The notes under the pieces are model-generated. The model was not told the origin of the DNA. It made no database searches and saw nothing but the letters and a program-made list of their open reading frames with translations. Position numbers and translations under genes: made by a program. Positions 21,357 to 30,914 of a stretch of 64,000 nucleotides of DNA are shown one piece after another. This stretch comes from Bacteroidales bacterium (lineage in GTDB: Bacteria > Bacteroidota > Bacteroidia > Bacteroidales > CG2-30-32-10). How positions within the stretch are numbered: position 1 is the first letter of the stretch; the number at the start of each line of letters is the position of its first letter. The stretch covers positions 10,406 through 74,405 of the forward strand of contig DAOQAK010000011.1 of the NCBI GenBank assembly GCA_035353855.1, read 5' to 3'.

Positions 21357-22161
21357 ATTCAAACCTTCGGGAGAAAGAGATTTTAAAAAGCCTTTCAGAA
21401 GAAAAGAAAAAAAATCTTCAGGTAGCGTTAAAAAATCAGAAGACTCAGATTTGGTTCGTTTGAATAAATATATTGCCAATGCAGGTATTTGCTCAAGGCG
21501 TGAAGCCGATACACTTATCGAAAGTGGCGCTGTTTCAGTGAATGGGAAAATTGTAACACAACTAGGGACAAAAGTCTCAAAAGATGATGTTGTGCAGTTT
21601 GGCGGAGAGACTTTGAAACGTGAAAGAATGGTTTATGTTTTATTGAATAAGCCTAAAGATTATATCACAACACTTGATGACCCCGAAGGAAGAAAAACAG
21701 TAATGGCTTTGGTGCAAAGAGCATGTAAAGAGCGTATATATCCTGTAGGCCGTCTCGACAGGGCTACAACAGGTTTGTTGCTTTTGACCAATGACGGCGA
21801 AATGGCGAAAAAACTGATGCATCCCAAACATGGTGTCAAAAAAATATATCACGTAGAAGTGGATAAAAATTTCCAACCGGCCGATTTTGAAAAAATCAGT
21901 AAAGGAATTGAACTGGAAGACGGCATTGCCTACGTTGATGAGATTGCCTATGATGGCGATGGTTCTGACAAAAAAAGCTTAGGTGTTGAATTGCACATCG
22001 GAAAAAACAGGATCGTAAGAAGAATTTTTGAAAGCCTGGGTTATAGGGTTGTAAAGCTCGACAGGGTATATTATGCAGGCTTGACAAAAAAAGATTTGCC
22101 ACGCGGTAAATGGCGTTTTCTTTCGCAAATGGAAATAAATATGTTGAAAATGATTTCTTAA
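21328..22161 (+). CDS. Pseudouridine synthase, RsuA/RluB family, with S4 domain and basic N-terminal tail
   Basis: S4 motif LNKYIANAGICSRREADTLI and catalytic GRLDRATTGLLLLTNDG. The ORF is open from 21301. I chose ATG 21328 (MKKERETG...), but the start is uncertain and overlaps the preceding gene. Confidence 0.88.
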   Translation: MKKERETGNKFKPSGERDFKKPFRRKEKKSSGSVKKSEDSDLVRLNKYIANAGICSRREADTLIESGAVSVNGKIVTQLGTKVSKDDVVQFGGETLKRERMVYVLLNKPKDYITTLDDPEGRKTVMALVQRACKERIYPVGRLDRATTGLLLLTNDGEMAKKLMHPKHGVKKIYHVEVDKNFQPADFEKISKGIELEDGIAYVDEIAYDGDGSDKKSLGVELHIGKNRIVRRIFESLGYRVVKLDRVYYAGLTKKDLPRGKWRFLSQMEINMLKMIS

Positions 22162-22200
22162 AATATAATTTTTCCCTTTATAAATCCGTTATAGCATTTA

Positions 22201-24855
22201 ATGGAAACTACACCCGAAATACAAAAACCTGAAAAGAAAAATAAAGCATGGAGAATAATTAAAAAAATCCTTCTCACAATAGTTATCTTATTTTTACTTT
22301 TAATTGGCACAGCGGTAACGATACTTTATTTCTATGAAGATTCGATCAAAAAAATTATTGTCGACAATATCAACAAACAATTAAATACCGAAATCCAGGT
22401 AAAAGAAATTGATCTTACGTTGTTTAAAAAATTCCCTAATGTTTCATTGGTGTTTACAGATGTAATAGCTAAAGATGCCATAAAATCTACTAATAAAGGC
22501 AATCTCCTGAAAGCTAAAAATGTTTATTTGCAATTCAGTTTCTGGGACTTATGGTATAAAAATTATAAGATAAAAAAGATAGAAGCCGAAAATGGAATTA
22601 TAAACATTGTTACTTATAAAGATGGTTCTGTAAACTATCATTTCTGGAAAAACGATACTACGGCAAAAAGCGAATCATTCTCGTTCGATTTACAAAAAGT
22701 AATTTTGAAAAACATGGCTATCCGCTACTGCGATTTCAAACTGAACCAGAATTATATGGGTGCTACCAACAACCTGGTTTTGAGCGGAAAATTCAGCAGC
22801 GATAAATTTACCATGTTTGCCAATGGTAACATGCTGATGAATTATGTAAACATTTCGGGAATTAAGTTCATCCCGGGGAAAAACATAAATATCAGTCTGA
22901 AGCTTGATGTTGACCAAAGTACCGATGTTTACAAATTTACGGATAGTAAACTATTGATGGGCAACATGAGTTTTGATGTAAACGGTAATGTGATAAACAG
23001 CGAAAATAAAGGCTTTGTGAATTTATCAGTAACAGGAGCCAAAACAGAACTGCAATCGTTCATAAAAGAGCTGCCTTATGAATACCGCAAATATTTTGAG
23101 AAGTATAAAGTTGAAGGTGATTTTTATTTTAACACTAACATTAAAGGTTCGTACTTAGGCGAAAGTTTTCCGGGAGTTAAAGTTTCGTTTGGAATAAAAA
23201 ATGGGAATATCATTTTAAAAGAATCAGATATTGCGCTTAAGAATGTTAATATGTCGGGGACTTATTCTAGCGGAGCCTCATCAAGCCTTGTAAATTCGGA
23301 ATTGAATATCAATAATTTCTCTTCAACATTGAAATCGGGAAATATAAAAGGCAATATCAAAATCAAAAACTTTTTAAAACCCGAGATCGAAATGCTGGTT
23401 GATGCCAATATGGATTTGCAGGAAATGCAGGAATTCCTGAAGGTTGATACTATCACTTCATTAAAAGGAAAAGTTAATATGAGCGCATCGTTCAAAGGAA
23501 AAGTAAATTCAGAAAAAGGTTTTGAAGTAAAAGACTTTATTGCCAGCAACGCCGAAGGAAAGCTTACTGTAACCGGTGGCGAACTTTCAATAAAAAATGA
23601 CCCGCGTAATTATAAGAATATTGAAGGAAAATTTGAGTTCAGTAATAATGATATTATTGTTAACGAGCTCAACATGCTCATCAATCAAAGTGATTTCAAA
23701 CTGAAAGGATATTTTAAAAATTTATTATCGTTTATTTTTCTCGATGATCAAAAACTTTTGATTGATGCAAATTTAGTTTCCGAAAAAACGGAACTCGACG
23801 ATTTGCTTCAATACGGCACTTCGAGTGATACAAGCTATCGCCTTGTATTCCCCGAAAAAATAGAATGCAAGCTGGATATAGATATCAACAAACTTACATT
23901 CAGAAAATTTACCGCCACAAATATTTCAGGAAAAGTAAAGTTGAAAAACAAACAATTGCATGCCGACCCGCTTGAATTCAATTCGGTGGATGGCAGTGTT
24001 GACGGGGAAGTACTGGTTGACGGTTCGCAGAAAGGGCAATTACTTATCAGTTGCGAAGCTGAACTGAAAGATATGAACATTAAAAAACTTTTTTATGAGT
24101 TTGGAAATTTCGGGCAGAACAGTATGAAGGATGAAAACCTTGAAGGAACTGCCACTGCCGATGTTCGCTTTGCAGGTGTATGGAGCGATTACCTGAAACC
24201 GGTAATGGATAAGATGTATGCCAAATCGGATATTGTGATTGAAAAAGGACGATTGCTGAATTATGCGCCAATGCAGGGTTTGTCGCGATTCTTAAAAATG
24301 AGCGATCTGAATGATGTAAAATTTTCAACGCTTCATAACCAGATTGAAATTAAAAACAGGACCATTCATATTCCCGCAATGGAAATAAAATCGAGCGCTA
24401 TTGATATTATCGCTTCGGGCGAACATACTTTTGATAATGTGATTAATTATCACATTCAGGTAAAACTCTCTGATATAATGGCGCAGAAAGCCAAAAAAGC
24501 AAAACCCGAAAACGAAGAATTTGGAGTTGTTGAAGATGATGGGCTGGGAAAAACTTCTTTATTTATTTTAGTTACCGGAACGGTTGATAATCCCGTGTAT
24601 AAATACGATGGCAAGGGTGTGAAAGCAAAGATTGTTGTAAATTATGTTAAAGAAAAAGAAAACCTAAAATCCATACTGAATGAGGAATTCGGCTGGTTTA
24701 AAAAAGATTCTGCCGTTATAAAAAACAAAGAAGAAAATAAAAACAAGCCCGAACTAAAACCCAAGAAAAATAAAAATGAAAGCAACCTTGAAAAGCAAGA
24801 GAACGGAAATTTCGTTATTGAATGGGATGAGGATAGTCCCGGAAAGGGGGATTAG
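22201..24855 (+). CDS. AsmA-family outer-membrane biogenesis protein
   Basis: 884 aa. Single N-terminal TM helix, long beta-rich body, and a lysine-rich tail. The family call rests on architecture. Confidence 0.65.
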   Translation: METTPEIQKPEKKNKAWRIIKKILLTIVILFLLLIGTAVTILYFYEDSIKKIIVDNINKQLNTEIQVKEIDLTLFKKFPNVSLVFTDVIAKDAIKSTNKGNLLKAKNVYLQFSFWDLWYKNYKIKKIEAENGIINIVTYKDGSVNYHFWKNDTTAKSESFSFDLQKVILKNMAIRYCDFKLNQNYMGATNNLVLSGKFSSDKFTMFANGNMLMNYVNISGIKFIPGKNINISLKLDVDQSTDVYKFTDSKLLMGNMSFDVNGNVINSENKGFVNLSVTGAKTELQSFIKELPYEYRKYFEKYKVEGDFYFNTNIKGSYLGESFPGVKVSFGIKNGNIILKESDIALKNVNMSGTYSSGASSSLVNSELNINNFSSTLKSGNIKGNIKIKNFLKPEIEMLVDANMDLQEMQEFLKVDTITSLKGKVNMSASFKGKVNSEKGFEVKDFIASNAEGKLTVTGGELSIKNDPRNYKNIEGKFEFSNNDIIVNELNMLINQSDFKLKGYFKNLLSFIFLDDQKLLIDANLVSEKTELDDLLQYGTSSDTSYRLVFPEKIECKLDIDINKLTFRKFTATNISGKVKLKNKQLHADPLEFNSVDGSVDGEVLVDGSQKGQLLISCEAELKDMNIKKLFYEFGNFGQNSMKDENLEGTATADVRFAGVWSDYLKPVMDKMYAKSDIVIEKGRLLNYAPMQGLSRFLKMSDLNDVKFSTLHNQIEIKNRTIHIPAMEIKSSAIDIIASGEHTFDNVINYHIQVKLSDIMAQKAKKAKPENEEFGVVEDDGLGKTSLFILVTGTVDNPVYKYDGKGVKAKIVVNYVKEKENLKSILNEEFGWFKKDSAVIKNKEENKNKPELKPKKNKNESNLEKQENGNFVIEWDEDSPGKGD

Positions 24856-24981
24856 TAGCAAGACACAAGTAGTAAGTCGTAAGATTCAAGTCTTAAATCG
24901 TAAGAGAATTTTTGCGGCTTAGCGTTCGCTGCTATGAACCATTTGAGAAATTAATAGAGATCGTTTATAAAATTGACTAAT

Positions 24982-25800
24982 TTATTCTTTATCTTTTTTA
25001 TCTTCTTTAAGCATTTTTCTATGTCCTTCTTTCAATTCTTTTTTTACGTCAGAAAGGCGTTTTTCTATAGGCAAATTTTCAGGATTTTTCCCAACATTTT
25101 TTTGAATAATTTCTCTAACCTCTCTTCCAACTTGAAAATGTGTTTGTTCTAAATTCGATTGACCAGTAATTCCTTTATTTTTAATTCTTTCTTCTGCTTG
25201 TGTAACTCTAAATAAGTTCGCGGCTAATTCAGTTCGTCCCATATAATCCATTAATTTTCCTTTTTTAACTCCACGTTTTTTTTCTAGTTGCCAAGAAGGC
25301 ATATTATACATTCCTACATATCCTGCATTTTGAAATTTGGCAAAATTTTCTATACCAAATTCTTTTACTACCGAAGCTAAAGATTTATTGCCTTCAGTTA
25401 ATTCCTCTCTAATTAATAATCTTTCAATTTGGTCATTATTTTGAATATAGAGCTCAAATTTTCTTGTTTGCTGAGCAAAATATACTTGTGCTTGAGCGAC
25501 CTCAACTTTTTTAGGATCGCCATTCATTACTGCAATATAACAAGCAAATCTTGTTAATTTAAAATCTTGCTTTTTTTGTCCATCAATTTCTCTCTGAAAA
25601 GCAATTATATTTTCGTAATGAGGAATATTTAATGAAACAAAAGCTTTTGTTGCTCTATCCAATACATTTTGAAAAGACTTCATATCTTTATAGCCGAGCA
25701 TCATCATTAAGTCTGATGCCCACCAATATGTAGTTCCATTCTCGTTTTTAAAGTCTTCGAATGATAATAAATTACCACTTGTGTTTTGTATATCGTTCAT
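24982..25800 (-). CDS. dinD: DNA damage-inducible protein D (DinD-like)
   Basis: 272 aa. Blocks LTRFACYIAVMNGDPKK and GRTELAANLFRVTQAEERI closely match my recollection of E. coli DinD (LSRYACYLVVQNGDPAK, GSTELAANLFRATQTEEKL). Confidence 0.85.
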   Translation of the reverse strand: MNDIQNTSGNLLSFEDFKNENGTTYWWASDLMMMLGYKDMKSFQNVLDRATKAFVSLNIPHYENIIAFQREIDGQKKQDFKLTRFACYIAVMNGDPKKVEVAQAQVYFAQQTRKFELYIQNNDQIERLLIREELTEGNKSLASVVKEFGIENFAKFQNAGYVGMYNMPSWQLEKKRGVKKGKLMDYMGRTELAANLFRVTQAEERIKNKGITGQSNLEQTHFQVGREVREIIQKNVGKNPENLPIEKRLSDVKKELKEGHRKMLKEDKKDKE

Positions 25801-25890
25801 TTGAAATGAGTAATTAAGAAATCAAATTTACAAAAAATATTATAATTAAGTGGAAACAGTTGATATATAAATGTATAATTTTTTTAAACA

Positions 25891-27534
25891 CTATTTATTT
25901 TTTCCCACGTCAATTACTTTCAAATCTATTTTATCAAGCAATTTATAAACAGGATAAGGGTTGTAGCTGTCGCCCCATTGCGGAACCAAGTATTTATCAA
26001 AATAATTCCAATACACCATGCCATCTTCCACCTGTGGCTCTAATAGGTAGGCTGCAATATTTGCTAGTGGCTGCGCGGTACGTACAACATAAGTTCCGGC
26101 ATTAAAAAATATATTTTCCATTTTTGTGTTGCCGGTCATGGTGTTGGTGTAATGTCCCTGGTTCAGTCGTGGCGAGGGTTTTAAGTCGCTTATCACAAAC
26201 GATTCAACATTTAATGTACATGTGTCTTTCAGCTTTTCAATCTTAATTCCATGCAACAAAAGCAAATCGATGCAATCCCTGTCAAACGTGTTAATGATAT
26301 ATGCATACGGAAATTTTACACTTGTCTTCGGGAAATATTCTGCAAGATAAGGAACAGTAACAGTTCGCTTGCGGTCGGTTTTTATGTAAGGCATATAGCT
26401 ATTTTCGTTATAACCCGAATCAACTTCAAATGCTTTGATGGTAATTTTTTCGGGAGTAGGCAGGCAGTTGAAGGTAACAGCAAACGAATCGGTTTTCAAT
26501 GGATTCAATCCGCGCTGAATTATTTTTGCATCCGAAGAATCGATAAGCATGTTGATGGCTTTGCTGTTTGCCGCAACATAATCAAGTATCGACCACAACA
26601 AATTATAACAACCATACACTCTTGTTTTGAAATCGGCATAAACATAATTTTCATTTAATATCGAAAGACGGTTTCGCAAGCCAACATAGTTTGTCAGGTA
26701 TCTTGGTTCAAAAGCGTACGATACCCATCCTTTTTCGAGGCGCATCAAATCTACAAATTCGCCATAGAAACAATTTTCAGTTGCGTATTTTTTATTCAGA
26801 GTTTTCGAAACAGCGGGCATCATTTTATCGCGCATGAAATTAATAAGAGTCCTGTCGGTATTGGCATTCATCATCCATGTGAAAGTTACAGGCTCTTCGT
26901 GGTACGAACCGTTGGTAGTGTGACAGTCAACAAATACAGCGGGGTCCCATTTATTTAAAACAGTTGTCAGTAATGCCTGCATTTCTGGCGATTCAGCTTT
27001 TAATGCATCGCGGTTAATGTCGAGCATTTGTCCGTTATATCTTATTCCAACACCATTCTTCGGTCCGTTCTGACTCTTTCGGTTTTTAGTACTTATTTTT
27101 TGATTTCCATCGGGATTAAAATTCGGACAGATAAGCAAAACAATATTTTTAAAAATTTCTTCGTTTTTCTTTTCAAGTAAATCACGCGCCAGCATTAATG
27201 TTGCTTCTTTTCCTTCCACTTCGCCGGCATGAATATTCGCCTGGATATAAACCACGGTTCGCCCGTCCTTCACAAACTTGTTATCTTTTACAACAGGCAA
27301 TGGGTTTGCAATTACAAGCAAAGGCACTTCATAATCTTCGGTTGATGTGATGAATTTTTCTACAGAAATATTTTTCGAAATTGTTTTCAGTTGTTCGATG
27401 AATGAAATCACATCTTCATTCTTCGATGTAGATTCGAAGTTTGTTTTTTCAGCAATTGTTTGAAGCTTAACTTGTGCCTGCGCAGAGTACATGATAAATA
27501 CAAAACTTATCAGAAAGAAATATTTTGTTTTCAT
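25891..27534 (-). CDS. Secreted M14-family metallocarboxypeptidase
   Basis: 547 aa. Signal peptide and zinc motif NIHAGEVEG (H-x-x-E). Confidence 0.8.
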   Translation of the reverse strand: MKTKYFFLISFVFIMYSAQAQVKLQTIAEKTNFESTSKNEDVISFIEQLKTISKNISVEKFITSTEDYEVPLLVIANPLPVVKDNKFVKDGRTVVYIQANIHAGEVEGKEATLMLARDLLEKKNEEIFKNIVLLICPNFNPDGNQKISTKNRKSQNGPKNGVGIRYNGQMLDINRDALKAESPEMQALLTTVLNKWDPAVFVDCHTTNGSYHEEPVTFTWMMNANTDRTLINFMRDKMMPAVSKTLNKKYATENCFYGEFVDLMRLEKGWVSYAFEPRYLTNYVGLRNRLSILNENYVYADFKTRVYGCYNLLWSILDYVAANSKAINMLIDSSDAKIIQRGLNPLKTDSFAVTFNCLPTPEKITIKAFEVDSGYNENSYMPYIKTDRKRTVTVPYLAEYFPKTSVKFPYAYIINTFDRDCIDLLLLHGIKIEKLKDTCTLNVESFVISDLKPSPRLNQGHYTNTMTGNTKMENIFFNAGTYVVRTAQPLANIAAYLLEPQVEDGMVYWNYFDKYLVPQWGDSYNPYPVYKLLDKIDLKVIDVGKNK

Positions 27535-27549
27535 ATTGATGGTAAATTT

Positions 27550-28104
27550 TTATTTTTTTTCTTCTTCAATGATATCATATTTTTCAGCGAAGATGGTAAT
27601 AACCGAAATATAATTTTTATGAGTTTGCTCCATTTTAGTTTTTAATTTTTGAATATCTTTTTTTGATAAACTATCGGCAATCCCAGCTTTCTTCTTACCG
27701 TTAACCCATGCACTGTCTTTACAGGGAGTATGGTCGATATGGCATAATAAATTTTTATCATTTTCCATTTTATCCATTTCGGGTTGTTCAATACGGAATT
27801 CTTTAACAATGCCGAAAATTCTTACTCTTTTATTATAAAGAGAGTCGTTGAAACTAGTTGATGAATCCTGTGGAACAATTTTAATGATTGCACCACTTTC
27901 GGTTTTTAATTTCATTTTCTTTCCGTCAACACCGCATATATGGATAATTAAACCTTCAGTTTCAACTTTTTTATTTTCATAGAAGCTGATATTTTTAATC
28001 AAACTGTCAGCGTGAACTTTATTAATTTGAGCAAAAACCTTTGTATTGCTTATGTTTAAAAGGAAAACAAATATTACTGATAGTTGTATTTTTTTAGTCA
28101 TCAT
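27550..28104 (-). CDS. Hypothetical secreted protein
   Basis: 184 aa. Signal peptide. No motif recognised. Confidence 0.6.
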   Translation of the reverse strand: MMTKKIQLSVIFVFLLNISNTKVFAQINKVHADSLIKNISFYENKKVETEGLIIHICGVDGKKMKLKTESGAIIKIVPQDSSTSFNDSLYNKRVRIFGIVKEFRIEQPEMDKMENDKNLLCHIDHTPCKDSAWVNGKKKAGIADSLSKKDIQKLKTKMEQTHKNYISVITIFAEKYDIIEEEKK

Positions 28105-28330
28105 TGATTTTTTATTATTGAAATTTTTAATAATTCAAAGTTTTCAAATGTAGTTTTTTTCAATAAAGGAAAAAGAAAATATTTTTCTTTTTTATATCCT
28201 CTGCCTTTTCTTCGAAATGTTCAGACTGATGGCAGGCAGTCCTCGCTGGAAATTGAAACTTCAAAAGTCGCAACCCAGAAGCATGTAAAGACTTTTGAGG
28301 GTTTCCTGCGCGATAAATCAATCATTTTAT

Positions 28331-28338
28331 TAATTTTG
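28331..28338 (+). promoter_or_regulatory. Candidate Bacteroidota -7 promoter box (TAATTTTG) for metG
   Basis: Matches TAnnTTTG, 32 nt upstream of the ATG at 28370. This is a motif match in AT-rich DNA only. Confidence 0.35.
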
Positions 28339-28369
28339 CGCATTATTTAATAATAACAAAGTTTTTAAA

Positions 28370-30424
28370 ATGAGTTCAGAAAAAAAATACAAACGATACA
28401 CAGTTACTTCTGCTTTGCCTTATGCCAATGGCCCGGTACATATAGGTCACTTGGCCGGAGTATATGTGCCTGCCGATATTTATGTGCGTTACCTGCGTTC
28501 AAAAGGTGAAGATGTTTTATTCATCGGTGGTTCTGATGAACATGGTGTACCCATTACCATTAAAGCAAAGCAGGAAGGTGTTACTCCGCAACAGATAGTT
28601 GACAAATATCATAACATCATAAAAAAATCGTTTGAAGAATTAGGAATCTCATTCGATATTTATTCGCGTACTTCAAATAAAGTTCATCATGAAACGGCTT
28701 CTGAATTTTTCACAACTCTTTACGAAAAAGGCGAATTTATTGAGAAGACATCGGAACAGCTTTATGATGAAGAGCACAAACAATTTCTTGCCGACCGTTA
28801 TGTTACGGGAACTTGCCCACATTGTAATAACGACAGGGCTTACGGCGACCAGTGCGAAAAATGCGGAACATCGTTGAATGCAACAGATTTGATAAACCCA
28901 AAATCGGTATTAAGCGGGAACGTGCCTGTACTAAAGGAAACCAAGCATTGGTATTTGCAACTCGATAAGTACGAACCCTGGCTGAGGCAATGGATTCTGG
29001 AAGAACATAAGGAATGGAAAACAAATGTTTACGGTCAGTGTAAATCGTGGATTGACCAGGGATTGCAGCCACGTGCTGTTACCCGCGACCTCGACTGGGG
29101 TGTAAAAGTTCCATTGAAAGAAGCCGAAGGAAAAGTTTTATATGTCTGGTTCGACGCGCCAATAGGATATATCAGCGCAACCAAAGAATGGGCTACAGAG
29201 AAAAAGAAAAACTGGGAAATATACTGGAAAGATAAAGAAACAAGATTGATTCATTTTATCGGAAAAGATAATATTGTTTTTCATTGTATCGTTTTCCCTT
29301 CAATGCTTCATGCAGAAGGGACTTATCTTGTTCCTGATAATGTTCCGGCTAATGAATTTTTAAATCTTGAAGGAGATAAAATTTCTACATCACGCAACTG
29401 GGCAGTGTGGCTTCATGAGTATTTACAGGAGTTCCAGGGCAAGCAGGATGTATTGCGTTATGTACTTTGTTCAAATGCTCCCGAAACAAAAGACAATGAT
29501 TTTACCTGGCGCGATTTTCAGTTAAAGAATAACAGCGAATTGGTTGCTATTCTGGGGAATTTTGTAAACCGCACCATGGTTCTTACACATAAATATTTTA
29601 ATGGTGAAATTCCGGCAATATCAACAATCACAGATGTTGACAAAGAAACATTAAATGAACTTTCAAAATTTCCGGAACGTATTTCTGCAAGTCTTGAAAG
29701 TTATCGTTTCCGTGAAGCGCTGAATGAAATGATGAATCTTGCACGTTTGGGAAATAAATATCTCGCCGACAGCGAGCCATGGAAAATATTTGCAACAGAC
29801 CCGGAAAGGGTGAAAACAATTCTGAATATTTCATTACAGATCTGTGCAAACCTTTCGATAGTAATGGAACCTTTCCTTCCTTTCTCGGCCGATAAATTAG
29901 GCAGCATGCTTAATTTCCCAAAACTGAAATGGAACGATGCCGGTAAACCCGATTTACTTAAAGCAGGCTTCAGAATTGGCAAGGCAGAATTGCTTTATGA
30001 AAAAATAGAAGATGAAGCAATTGCATTACAGGTAAAGAAACTTCAGGATACGAAGATTGCAAATGAATCGAAAGAAAAACCTGTAGCTCCTGCAAAACCC
30101 GATATTTCATATGAAGATTTTGCAAAGCTCGACATTCGCACAGGAACTATCCTTGCAGCAGAAAAAGTTCCGAAGACGGATAAACTTTTAAAACTTGTTG
30201 TTGATACCGGAATTGATAAACGTACAGTAGTTTCGGGTATTGCAGCGAATTACGAACCCGAAAAAATTATCGGGCAGAAAGTAACAATATTGGTAAACCT
30301 AGAGCCCAAAATGCTTCGCGGAATTAAATCGCAGGGAATGATACTTATGGCCGAAAACGCAAAAGGAGAATTGTGTTTTGTACATCAGGAAAAGGATTTT
30401 GAAAATGGGAGTTGTATAAAATAA
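28370..30424 (+). CDS. metG: Methionine--tRNA ligase
   Basis: 684 aa. HIGH-type motif PVHIGHLAG, zinc knuckles CPHC/CEKC, KMSKS-type KISTSRN, and a C-terminal tRNA-binding (Trbp111-like) domain. Confidence 0.97.
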   Translation: MSSEKKYKRYTVTSALPYANGPVHIGHLAGVYVPADIYVRYLRSKGEDVLFIGGSDEHGVPITIKAKQEGVTPQQIVDKYHNIIKKSFEELGISFDIYSRTSNKVHHETASEFFTTLYEKGEFIEKTSEQLYDEEHKQFLADRYVTGTCPHCNNDRAYGDQCEKCGTSLNATDLINPKSVLSGNVPVLKETKHWYLQLDKYEPWLRQWILEEHKEWKTNVYGQCKSWIDQGLQPRAVTRDLDWGVKVPLKEAEGKVLYVWFDAPIGYISATKEWATEKKKNWEIYWKDKETRLIHFIGKDNIVFHCIVFPSMLHAEGTYLVPDNVPANEFLNLEGDKISTSRNWAVWLHEYLQEFQGKQDVLRYVLCSNAPETKDNDFTWRDFQLKNNSELVAILGNFVNRTMVLTHKYFNGEIPAISTITDVDKETLNELSKFPERISASLESYRFREALNEMMNLARLGNKYLADSEPWKIFATDPERVKTILNISLQICANLSIVMEPFLPFSADKLGSMLNFPKLKWNDAGKPDLLKAGFRIGKAELLYEKIEDEAIALQVKKLQDTKIANESKEKPVAPAKPDISYEDFAKLDIRTGTILAAEKVPKTDKLLKLVVDTGIDKRTVVSGIAANYEPEKIIGQKVTILVNLEPKMLRGIKSQGMILMAENAKGELCFVHQEKDFENGSCIK

Positions 30425-30438
30425 TTTGGAAAAACAAC

Positions 30439-30475
30439 GAGGGCGGCTCTGCAAATGCAGAGCCGCCCTCGTTTT
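30439..30475. terminator. Bidirectional rho-independent terminator shared by metG and tRNA-Arg
   Basis: Perfect inverted repeat gagggcggctctgca / tgcagagccgccctc (30439-30453 / 30456-30470). Followed by GTTTT on the plus strand and GTTGTTTTT on the minus strand. Confidence 0.85.
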
Positions 30476-30476
30476 G

Positions 30477-30548
30477 TAGCCCCACCAGGAATCGAACCTG
30501 GATTTAAAGTTTAGGAAACTTCCGTTCTATCCATTGAACTACAGGGCC
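30477..30548 (-). tRNA. tRNA-Arg (anticodon CCU)
   Basis: A 72-nt cloverleaf folded by hand. Acceptor GGCCCUG/UGGGGCU (three G-U pairs), D arm GUUC-AAUGGAUA-GAAC, anticodon arm GAAGU-UUCCUAA-ACUUU, variable AAAU, T arm CCAGG-UUCGAUU-CCUGG, discriminator A. No encoded CCA. Confidence 0.9.
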
Positions 30549-30560
30549 AAAATTATTTTA

Positions 30561-30578
30561 CAAAATTACACAAAATTA
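30561..30578 (-). promoter_or_regulatory. Tandem 10-bp repeat carrying two TAATTTTG -7 boxes upstream of the intact tRNA-Arg
   Basis: Plus strand reads caaaattaca|caaaattaaa; each unit is the reverse complement of TAATTTTG. The proximal box ends 12 nt before tRNA position +1. Confidence 0.4.
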
Positions 30579-30581
30579 AAT

Positions 30582-30824
30582 TTATATTGAAATTACTTTT
30601 TTCAAATATCTTCTTCCTGTAGCTGTTTTAAAATATTTTTCCCTTTTAACAGCATTTTCAAGTGTTTCAAAAGATTCATAATAAATAATTTCCCAAGGAA
30701 TGAAAGGTTTTGTAGAAAATATTTTTCCTGAATTATGCTCTTTAAGTCTTTGCTCTAAATCTTGGCAGTGTCCTTTATAAAATCTGTGAAATTTTTTACT
30801 ATATAAGACGTAAGAATAAAACAT
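30582..30824 (-). CDS. Small GIY-YIG nuclease family protein (YhbQ/UPF0213-like)
   Basis: 80 aa from ATG 30824. MFYSYVLYSKKFHRFYKGHCQDLEQRLKEHNSG...REKYFK has the GIY-YIG pattern (Y-x-Y, Y-x-G, R, H-N, E). The upstream extension in the ORF track merely translates the tRNA relic. Confidence 0.85.
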   Translation of the reverse strand: MFYSYVLYSKKFHRFYKGHCQDLEQRLKEHNSGKIFSTKPFIPWEIIYYESFETLENAVKREKYFKTATGRRYLKKVISI

Positions 30825-30833
30825 TGATAGAAT

Positions 30834-30907
30834 TTTAGGAAACTTCCGTTCCCCGCCCGAACGACTGACGTGTTCAGTCGGGCGGGTATCCATTGAACTA
30901 CAGGGTC
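30834..30907 (-). pseudogene. Relic 5' half of tRNA-Arg(CCU) (positions 1-38) with a 35-nt insertion in the D-loop
   Basis: 30887-30907 matches tRNA nt 1-21 (1 mismatch, G2>A). 30834-30851 is identical to tRNA nt 22-39 (through the anticodon loop UUCCUAA plus one A). Homology stops there and the GIY-YIG ATG follows 9 nt later. Confidence 0.85.
30852..30886. repeat. 35-nt GC-rich palindromic insert (cccgcccga...tcgggcggg)
   Basis: 9-bp perfect terminal arms cccgcccga / tcgggcggg, with an alternative inner pairing gactga/tcagtc. Absent from the intact tRNA copy at the equivalent D-loop position. Confidence 0.85.
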
Positions 30908-30914
30908 AGCAGTG

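Noticed and set aside
24856-24981. Run of TAAG-containing words (gtagcaag, gtagtaag, tcgtaag, tcgtaag) downstream of the AsmA gene and next to the single-gene dinD insertion. Possible att site or tandem repeat.
   Set aside because: The units are irregular in length and spacing, no matching copy lies on the other side of dinD, and there is no integrase.
28195-28312. Assigning the structured block upstream of metG to a known RNA family (SRP/4.5S, 6S, tmRNA, RNase P, T-box, SAM riboswitch).
   Set aside because: I could not find the conserved sequence signatures of these families on either strand. It is kept only as an unassigned candidate in findings.
30549-30833. Hypothesis that the GIY-YIG ORF is a homing-endonuclease gene inside a group I intron in the tRNA-Arg(CCU) anticodon loop.
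   Set aside because: Only about 9 nt lie between the anticodon loop and the ORF, and about 33 nt lie after it, leaving no room for a ribozyme core. The downstream tRNA copy is complete (own 5' half and own promoter-like boxes), not a bare 3' exon.
30825-30893. N-terminal 23-aa extension of the GIY-YIG ORF (MDTRPTEHVSRSGGERKFPKILS) given in the ORF track.
   Set aside because: It simply translates the relic tRNA half and the GC-rich palindrome. The conserved GIY-YIG domain begins at the internal ATG 30824.
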